A stretch of DNA of 19,436 bases, taken from a bacterium. Lineage in GTDB: Bacteria; Muiribacteriota; UBA6191. Shown here one piece after another: positions 1-6,734 of this stretch (position 1 is its first letter; every line of letters begins with the position of its first letter). The position numbers and the translations under genes are program-made. The notes below the pieces were generated by a model. The model was not told the DNA's origin. It did not search any database and was given only the letters and a program-made list of their open reading frames with translations. The stretch is taken from contig JAYZAC010000176.1 in NCBI GenBank assembly GCA_036339875.1, positions 1-19,436 on the forward strand, read 5' to 3'.

Positions 1-603
1 TCCCAAATTTAATGGGCCTTTGGTTGACCAAGGGATTGATTCAATGGGTAAACTTAAAACCATTCCCATTAACAGAAAGAACAATACCCATTTTGGAAGA
101 TTATTAGACTTTTTAGAACTTGGAAGAAGAGCCAATTGAGCGGAGCTAACTCTTTTCTTGGGTTCTCCAAATATCATAGCAAAACTTAATCCCAAAGTAA
201 GTGCTAAAATTAATACGAAAAGAATGCGTGCATGACCTAATTCAGTACCCAGCAGTTGATAAGTAAAAACGATAGCAATTATATTTATGGCAGGTCCTGA
301 AAATAAAAAAGTAATTGCTGGACCTACTCCGGCGCCCCTCTGAAATATTGTTTGAAATATAGGTAAAATTCCACACGCACAAACACTCAGAATTCCTCCT
401 GATACCAAAGAAACTGGATATGAAACTATAGGCTTTACGCCAGCAGACAAATATTTAACAATTGTAGATTTCGGAATAAATGTTGCCATAGCACCTGCAA
501 TAAAGAAAGCAGGGATAAAAGCTCCAGAGAGTTTTTGAAAAACATATACTTTTATAGCAACAAAACCTGGCGTTACTACGGTAGACAAAGATTCAAGCCA
601 CAT
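1..603 (-). CDS. ArsP/DUF318-family permease, 3' end truncated by window edge (not in ORF track)
   Basis: Manual translation from ATG at 603 stays open to position 1: MWLESLSTVVTPGFVAIKVYVFQKLSGAFIPAFFIAGAMATFIPKSTIVKYL...GGILSVCACGILPIFQTIFQRGAGVGPAITFLFSGPAINIIAIVFTYQLLG... The 'VCxCGxxP' (CACG at 370-381) and 'GAGxGPAxxFLxSGPAIN' motifs and several hydrophobic helices are typical of this family. Confidence 0.88.
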   Translation of the reverse strand, partial: MWLESLSTVVTPGFVAIKVYVFQKLSGAFIPAFFIAGAMATFIPKSTIVKYLSAGVKPIVSYPVSLVSGGILSVCACGILPIFQTIFQRGAGVGPAITFLFSGPAINIIAIVFTYQLLGTELGHARILFVLILALTLGLSFAMIFGEPKKRVSSAQLALLPSSKKSNNLPKWVLFFLLMGMVLSLPIESIPWSTKGPLNLG

Positions 604-614
604 TCTGTAATATT

Positions 615-1598
615 CTATCTTAGCGTTCTCGAAACCTTAAAAACTGAAGTTTCTTGATAAGTGCCCAGAACATCACCAATTATCGCCAAGCCCGAATCTC
701 CTCCCAAACCCGAATTAATGATTCCCTTGGTAACTAGATCAACCTTCACCCCAACTTTTACAGCCTCTTTGCCGTACAAGCGTGATCCTTCGCTGGCAAG
801 CACCCGCATTTCATCAACATAATAACTAGCCGTAAACATATCAGGTACACCAGTCACCGGGTCAACCTGACCTGAGACAATTTGAACAGCCTCCTGAGAA
901 TTATTCCACTTCCCATTCCAAGCTTCATTAATATCAATCTTTGAGGGTCTATCCTCGAATATATCAACTGTAGAATCACCACTTATCCAATTTCTTAAGT
1001 TGACCGCTGTTTGTAAAGGTTTTAGATCATGCTGAAAAGGATCCCGTGTAGATATGTCTTCATAGAATCTGACTAAATATAAGTTACTGATCAGATTAGA
1101 CTTACCAGATGTTTGAAAGAGTTCCTCGTCTCCTAATGGATATGGACCAGACCAGGTATCTGCTGTGCCATCGAAATTAATATCATCAACGGCATTTCGC
1201 TCTAAATTCGAACCGTTAATCACAGCCGTTCCCGTTAGAAAAGCTGGCCCCGGATTTGTAACAATAAAAGAGCCTTGTTGCGAGGTAGAATTCTCACCCA
1301 AGATATTTGTACCATTCAAATTATCGTAGCCTGCCGCGTGATCGTAAAATGGGTTTTTACCTACTGAATATGCCGCCGCATCATAGGCTTCAGTGGATAA
1401 CAATCGCATCTTCAAACGAGCATGCTGTAAAGCCCCTTTAGCGATGAATTTCATTTGCATTCGCTTGATGATTTCATAATTTCCAGGCAGCGATTGCCGA
1501 TTCGTTTTCAGTAAGGCTACAACAGTAACGGAGAGTATGCCAATGATAGCCAATACAATTGGTATTGCCATAGCTCTTTGGGATTTATAAAAGTTCAA
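615..1598 (-). CDS. PilX/GspK-like minor pilin/pseudopilin (class III signal-like N-terminus lacking Glu5)
   Basis: Short basic leader (MNFYKSQRA), then hydrophobic helix MAIPIVLAIIGILSVTVVALL and a PilX_N-like amphipathic segment QMKFIAKGALQHA. The TTG start overlaps the TGA stop of the upstream pilin gene (TTGA, 1595-1598), with a GGGAG RBS upstream. Confidence 0.7.
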   Translation of the reverse strand: MNFYKSQRAMAIPIVLAIIGILSVTVVALLKTNRQSLPGNYEIIKRMQMKFIAKGALQHARLKMRLLSTEAYDAAAYSVGKNPFYDHAAGYDNLNGTNILGENSTSQQGSFIVTNPGPAFLTGTAVINGSNLERNAVDDINFDGTADTWSGPYPLGDEELFQTSGKSNLISNLYLVRFYEDISTRDPFQHDLKPLQTAVNLRNWISGDSTVDIFEDRPSKIDINEAWNGKWNNSQEAVQIVSGQVDPVTGVPDMFTASYYVDEMRVLASEGSRLYGKEAVKVGVKVDLVTKGIINSGLGGDSGLAIIGDVLGTYQETSVFKVSRTLR

Positions 1599-2572
1599 TT
1601 AAATCTCCCTTTAAATGTTACCAATTGAATCATTTTTGCTTTACCTCGCGAGTCAATCTGTTGCGTCACATTAACTTCATCAGTAATTGGACCAACTTCC
1701 GATAGGTTCGCAATATAGGATTGTCCCCATCTTATAAATAATTGAATTTTAGCAAAATTACTATAATTTGCGGCACTAGCTAAACCAGTTAAACTTTCAA
1801 AAGCCGACATGGTCTGGGCACCTGAATAAATAGGAAGACTTACTTGATTATCTACCTTCCTCTCATAGGCACTACTTGCACTCAAATCTAAATTCCAGAA
1901 ACCATTTGTAATACTGTAAGGACTGTATTCTTCGTAACTAGTCGATCCGGAGCCGCTCCTGTATCCGCTAGGTCCTTTATCCTCTAGTGCTAACGTATCG
2001 TAAAATTGCTGTGGATTATTAGGTGCCTGCTCATAATCGATTTCCGGATTCTTCATGTAATTATAAGTCATTGAAGTAACCTTCGAGGTACCCAACGAAG
2101 AACTTGCAAAATAAGCTCCTATATACAAATCAGTGTAATAGTTCTCACGACCGATTTTGAAATATCTTTGTTTAGAATTTGCTGTTTGACAGCATGAGTT
2201 GGGAGTACCTTCATTAGCTTCGCAACCAGCTAAGGGGTCTGTCTCACCGCAATATTGCCCTAAAAAATCATTTGTTCCAATTACAGTCGTTACAATCCCG
2301 TATGATTCTTTCGAGGTCTCAGTATCTCGCAGGTCTATGGCTAGAGGATTAGTAAAATTAAGCTGATCAAAGCGTACCGAATCATTCAATAAAAATTCTA
2401 AAACTGAAGCTCCGATAGTCGAAGCATTAGCATATGAATCTGAAATATCTGTTCTTTTAACACCGCTCCACATTACGCCCATCAAAGGCACTAGCGCAAA
2501 GGCGAGTACAGACATCGCTACCAATATCTCTGTTAAAGTGAAACCTAGTCTAACTGCTTTGAGTTTGTTCAA
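1595..2572 (-). CDS. Type IV prepilin-like protein (PilV/GspI-like minor pilin) with N-terminal methylation motif
   Basis: Canonical G|FTLTEILVAMSVLAFALVPLMG cleavage/methylation motif after a basic leader. TTG start preceded by AGAGGA. Four-Cys cluster in the globular domain. Confidence 0.85.
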   Translation of the reverse strand: MNKLKAVRLGFTLTEILVAMSVLAFALVPLMGVMWSGVKRTDISDSYANASTIGASVLEFLLNDSVRFDQLNFTNPLAIDLRDTETSKESYGIVTTVIGTNDFLGQYCGETDPLAGCEANEGTPNSCCQTANSKQRYFKIGRENYYTDLYIGAYFASSSLGTSKVTSMTYNYMKNPEIDYEQAPNNPQQFYDTLALEDKGPSGYRSGSGSTSYEEYSPYSITNGFWNLDLSASSAYERKVDNQVSLPIYSGAQTMSAFESLTGLASAANYSNFAKIQLFIRWGQSYIANLSEVGPITDEVNVTQQIDSRGKAKMIQLVTFKGRFN

Positions 2573-2634
2573 TGTATCCTCTTTTTTTGTTCATACCCTA
2601 TCAGGTTTGAGAGTAGATAATTTTTAGCTAGCCG

Positions 2635-2663
2635 TAGTCATGCGTATTTTGTGCAGTTATAAT
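2635..2663 (+). promoter_or_regulatory. Putative sigma70 promoter for the plus-strand pilin gene
   Basis: TAGTCA (2635-2640)-N17-TATAAT (2658-2663) in the divergent intergenic region; perfect -10, 4/6 match at -35. Confidence 0.45.
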
Positions 2664-2695
2664 GAATTATAAGATAACAGTAGATTCGCGGCAAG

Positions 2696-3571
2696 ATGAT
2701 GAATTCAGAGAATTATTACAATAAATCGAATAAAACTGAGTGCAAGCCAATGGAGCTAAAGAACAAAGCCAAAATAAAAATCGGCTCGAAATTAGCAGCT
2801 TTTACTATTGTTGAACTGCTTATTGCAGCTGGCCTTTTAAGTGTTTTCTTACTAGGAATTGGAGCATTTTTTTTACAAGGAAATAAAGCCGCAGCTAAAG
2901 GTACTTGGCGGATACATACTGTCGAAAAAGTACGATTAGGGATGTCTCTGTTGCGTCGAGCACTCGACGGTACATCCTACCCGAGTTTTACTAGCAACCG
3001 TGATTTTTCAGAATTAGGGCCAGATCATCCATTAGCCGAAAATTATGATTTAACTTTTCAAAAGACTTTTTCGAAAGATTCTACAACCCCAGTAACCTTC
3101 GTGGCAGGAACCGATGAATTAATCGTGGAATTTACTACAGTTACACCCTATCAACTTGACGATGCTGGTAATTCCGTTCCGGGCACTGGGCTTGCTACAG
3201 CATACAGTATAACTCTAAATGCTAATTCTAAAACGGTCGTAGATGCTAATAAAGGGACTTCTCACAATTTGGCAGATTTAACTATTGAAGGACAAGAGCA
3301 AGTCTACACTTACGCAACGGGTCCACCTCCAACATTGGGAACTTTTACCAATCAGGGTGGGTTAACTCGTATCAGAATACCAGATGTACACCAATTGAGC
3401 TTTAGGGTTGCAAAAAGTTATCCAAACCCTGAATATGAAGGCAGCAAGAGTAGAGACTATCCGAGGATCACACTAGAAATATACATTGAGTGCAGAGACC
3501 CATTTGATGGACGACTTGCTGTAACTCAAACTCTAATTTATATGATCAATACTCAGGTTCGGGGTACCTAG
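2696..3571 (+). CDS. Type IV prepilin-like protein (PilW/GspJ-like minor pilin); true start may be the in-frame ATG at 2750
   Basis: Lys-rich leader followed by A|FTIVELLIAAGLLSVFLLGIG (Phe1, Glu5, hydrophobic helix), then a beta-rich C-terminal domain. Confidence 0.8.
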   Translation: MMNSENYYNKSNKTECKPMELKNKAKIKIGSKLAAFTIVELLIAAGLLSVFLLGIGAFFLQGNKAAAKGTWRIHTVEKVRLGMSLLRRALDGTSYPSFTSNRDFSELGPDHPLAENYDLTFQKTFSKDSTTPVTFVAGTDELIVEFTTVTPYQLDDAGNSVPGTGLATAYSITLNANSKTVVDANKGTSHNLADLTIEGQEQVYTYATGPPPTLGTFTNQGGLTRIRIPDVHQLSFRVAKSYPNPEYEGSKSRDYPRITLEIYIECRDPFDGRLAVTQTLIYMINTQVRGT

Positions 3572-3579
3572 TAATAAAC

Positions 3580-6500
3580 CTAATGGTTGTGTCCTGCATG
3601 GCTCATTTTCTTAAAGTCGGGCTTTCGGTTTGTTTCTAACACTTCCGGCAATATCTCAATCAAGGCCTTTGAAGCTCCTCGTAAAACATAGTAATCATTA
3701 ATAACAACAGTTGGAGCCGCAAAAATTTTATTTTTTGAGGAATCAATCAAATCATTAAGAACTTGTTTAGCTGACTCATCTGAACTCACACAATTAGACG
3801 CTTTCTGTCGCTCAAGCACAGTAATGCCAGCCTGATCAAAAACTTGTGAGCGGTATTCATTAAGCTTAAAATCTTTATAAAAGTTAGCCGTCTCTTTTTG
3901 TCCAATTTTGGATAATCGCTCGCCTAAACCCTTGGTAAATCGCTTGATATATTCAAAATACTTATCTCGACTCAGACCCTTGGATAAGCAAGTCTGTGTG
4001 ATTCCCTCGGTTAATTCCTTTATACCATTCTGTGACTCAAGATAAAGTGGGAAGGTATTTCCTTTCCCATCAGTGTAGTTCACCATAAATCTGTCATTTG
4101 ACTTAATAGTACCAGGATTCTGGCGACTTTGACGCGTAAGATATACGACCTCAAAATCTATCTTTTTGCCGTTTTTCTCCATTTTCTCTACCGTCTCAGT
4201 CAATTCCTTTTGTATCTCTACGGCTCTACTCAAAGCTGTCGTATAAAGTTTTAATTTATAGAGCTTTGGTTTTTGATTTAATGCAGCCACTTCGTGCACC
4301 AGTGGGTTGATGAAGTAAATTCCTTCACTTGCCGCTAAATACCTCTGAATGAATTTCACTCGAGGTGAATTTTGAAAAGTCATATCAGGAAAAACAAATA
4401 GAGGAAAACGATCGGCGCTCAAAGACTTTACCCACTTCTGAGCTTCAACTGACTGCCGATCATAGGTTTTGACGTTCAAGCCCGGGAATACCTGATAAAG
4501 TTGCGTTAAAAAACGACCCGATTCACACAAATCACATTGATCATCTCGTATCATAACTAGATTGACCTGAACTGGATCCTTGAACTCACAGATAGCTTGA
4601 GGAGTTCCCGGGTTCTTACAGAAACCGTTTTTACCCTTCTTATTGCAATGAGCATCTTGGCTGCACATAGCAACTTTCTTACACTCGGGCATCGGATCTT
4701 CCATACCTTGGCAGATTTCATATAACACAGGTGTCGCCTCGATTGTATTTGTGTAAGGTTCCTGATTAATTCTAATTGTGGGCGACGCACTTATACCCAT
4801 GTCATTACCTGGCTTAATATTTTCCCTAAACCAAGTGTCACCTCTCCCATCGGTCATTGCCTTCTGAATTTCGGTAGGGTCAATCTTCAACTTCTTAGCT
4901 ACAGGCTTCCAATCTCCATAAATATTCTTGTTTCTTTCTAAAATGAAAGTTAAAAACTGATCAGGATAAAGCTTGGATACAATCAGTTGCCTTATGTTTT
5001 CATCTACTTCAGAAGGTCCATGCAAAGATTGAAATTTGGCATTAGGATCTATTTCAAAACTAGCTTTACACCCAGGTTGACCACTCTCTTCTTCTTTTTT
5101 CTTCGTAGCCTCTAGCTCTATTTTTTTCTTTTGTTCTTCCGCAAGCTGCTGTCTGACCTGTTTTTCCTCCTCACTAAGCTTACCTTCCACATCAGTGGCT
5201 ATGTAACGCATGTTCATATTGATTCGTTCATGATATTTCTCAACCATAGGAAGTAACTTATTTTGAGCCTTCATCCCAAAAGGACATTGACTCATAACGT
5301 AAAGATCCACATCTACCGTAGACTTCTTGCTGCGGGGCTTAGAGCTAACCTCTTCTACTATTGCTTTGATGGAATGATTAACTAGAGGTGTGAAGGCTGT
5401 ATAATTAAAACCTGGAGAATGCTCAGCATTGTGACAACTCATGCAGCGTGCCTGATCCACTGTCTTTGCAATATTAGATTTGCCGGGATTACGGACATGA
5501 TTTAGTCCAGCACCATGACAAGATTCGCACCCCACACCTTTCAGCCATTTTTGCCTCTTTGAAATTTCATAACCACTATCGTAACCAAATCCTACTGAAT
5601 GACAAACAACACATGCCGGCACAAAATCTCTTTTCTTCTCTAGCAAAATGTCAAATGCATTAGCGTGCGAGGTGGACTTCCACTGCTTGTATTCTGGTTC
5701 ATGACAAGTTTTACAATTCTCACTGCCCACATACCTATTTTTACCTTCAGTCACCAGTTTGTCGTGCGGGTCCTCTGCGAAAAGTTTTTCATGCCCTTTC
5801 TGAAGCTCTGGATCATTTGAAACTTTTTGATAAAACTGGTCAACAATCTCTTTGAGCTTGGGGTCTTCCTCATAAGTGTCTAAAACCGCGAGAGATGTAT
5901 AATTTCCATCTTTTAACGAAAACTTTTTAACCATTTTTCCTTTTTCACCTGGAAAAATGACAGGAACTCCCTCAATTTTTCTGAAATCTCCAGTAGATTG
6001 ATTCGCTACAACCAGCAACAATCTATTATTTAGCTTTTTCACAATCGGGCTCAGTTGATTTTGAGAGAGATCTGAGAAAAGCACCAGATTTCGATCTCCT
6101 TCTTGGAATTCATTGATTGATTGCTCCGGATCAAGTACCTTCCAATCCTCGTGAACATCGCTACTGGGACTAACTAATGAAATAAATTCTAAACCGGAAC
6201 TCGTCTTCAAACTACTGAAGGTTTTTTTACCCTCACTACTGACCACATTAGTTAAAACAAATAGATCTTTAGCGTCTAAGACCTGAAGCTCAGAATTTGG
6301 ACGTTGTAAGTCTTTACTGGATAAACCCACTACTGAATATCCCAAGGCTGCAAATGAACGTACGTAATAATCGTTTCTAGTGCGATCTAATTCATGCTTT
6401 ATATCAGTAAAGTTACCGCTATCTACAAGTATGTAATCTTTTTCATCTGCATAGGCCTTATTTCGACGGGTAATTCCTCCCAACATACCTTGAACACAAC

Positions 6501-6612
6501 CACAAGGTTCTAAATAACTCTGCGTATTACCTGTGAAAAGAATTGTATCTACTGCTGTGACAGGATTGATGATAAAAAAACAGAAAACAACAGAAAATAA
6601 AAGCCTAAGCAT
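3580..6612 (-). CDS. Exported multidomain protein: degenerate UshA/5'-nucleotidase-like domain + tetrahaem cytochrome c (c554-like) + three thioredoxin/DsbA(GILT)-like folds
   Basis: Signal peptide; GNTQSYLEPCGC...GGITRR and LVDSGN; four CxxCH motifs (5701-5715, 5599-5613, 5515-5529, 5431-5445) introduced by YVGSENC; LYVMSQCPFG (Cys443) with SLHG..E..EN..Q and SPTIRIN; a Cys-rich linker; CDLC (4525-4536); C-terminal HAGHNH. AGGAG RBS upstream. Confidence 0.8.
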   Translation of the reverse strand: MLRLLFSVVFCFFIINPVTAVDTILFTGNTQSYLEPCGCVQGMLGGITRRNKAYADEKDYILVDSGNFTDIKHELDRTRNDYYVRSFAALGYSVVGLSSKDLQRPNSELQVLDAKDLFVLTNVVSSEGKKTFSSLKTSSGLEFISLVSPSSDVHEDWKVLDPEQSINEFQEGDRNLVLFSDLSQNQLSPIVKKLNNRLLLVVANQSTGDFRKIEGVPVIFPGEKGKMVKKFSLKDGNYTSLAVLDTYEEDPKLKEIVDQFYQKVSNDPELQKGHEKLFAEDPHDKLVTEGKNRYVGSENCKTCHEPEYKQWKSTSHANAFDILLEKKRDFVPACVVCHSVGFGYDSGYEISKRQKWLKGVGCESCHGAGLNHVRNPGKSNIAKTVDQARCMSCHNAEHSPGFNYTAFTPLVNHSIKAIVEEVSSKPRSKKSTVDVDLYVMSQCPFGMKAQNKLLPMVEKYHERINMNMRYIATDVEGKLSEEEKQVRQQLAEEQKKKIELEATKKKEEESGQPGCKASFEIDPNAKFQSLHGPSEVDENIRQLIVSKLYPDQFLTFILERNKNIYGDWKPVAKKLKIDPTEIQKAMTDGRGDTWFRENIKPGNDMGISASPTIRINQEPYTNTIEATPVLYEICQGMEDPMPECKKVAMCSQDAHCNKKGKNGFCKNPGTPQAICEFKDPVQVNLVMIRDDQCDLCESGRFLTQLYQVFPGLNVKTYDRQSVEAQKWVKSLSADRFPLFVFPDMTFQNSPRVKFIQRYLAASEGIYFINPLVHEVAALNQKPKLYKLKLYTTALSRAVEIQKELTETVEKMEKNGKKIDFEVVYLTRQSRQNPGTIKSNDRFMVNYTDGKGNTFPLYLESQNGIKELTEGITQTCLSKGLSRDKYFEYIKRFTKGLGERLSKIGQKETANFYKDFKLNEYRSQVFDQAGITVLERQKASNCVSSDESAKQVLNDLIDSSKNKIFAAPTVVINDYYVLRGASKALIEILPEVLETNRKPDFKKMSHAGHNH

Positions 6613-6734
6613 TCGCTCTCCTAGCCTACAAGAATGATTTGCCAGATGAATGTTTTAATAATTTAATGAATTAGGTTTTGGCATGCTACAAGATGCATAG
6701 GTGGAATGCAAAGCGTTCCTCAATTATCGTAAAA

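Noticed and set aside
2867..2874. T8 homopolymer in the PilW-like gene as a phase-variation tract
   Set aside because: The gene is in frame, the run encodes Phe-Phe-Leu of the hydrophobic helix, and such runs are common in AT-rich DNA.
4557..4790. 77-aa alternative-frame ORF inside the 1010-aa gene
   Set aside because: Fully nested, with no motif or other support.
6496..6507. Selenocysteine recoding at the PCGC motif
   Set aside because: Both Cys codons are TGT and the ORF has no in-frame TGA.
6613..6734. Sigma54-like TGGCA motifs and an 8-bp direct repeat CTACAAGA (6626-6633, 6686-6693)
   Set aside because: Neither TGGCA has GC at the required GG-N10-GC spacing. Two copies of an 8-mer are too weak to call a binding site.
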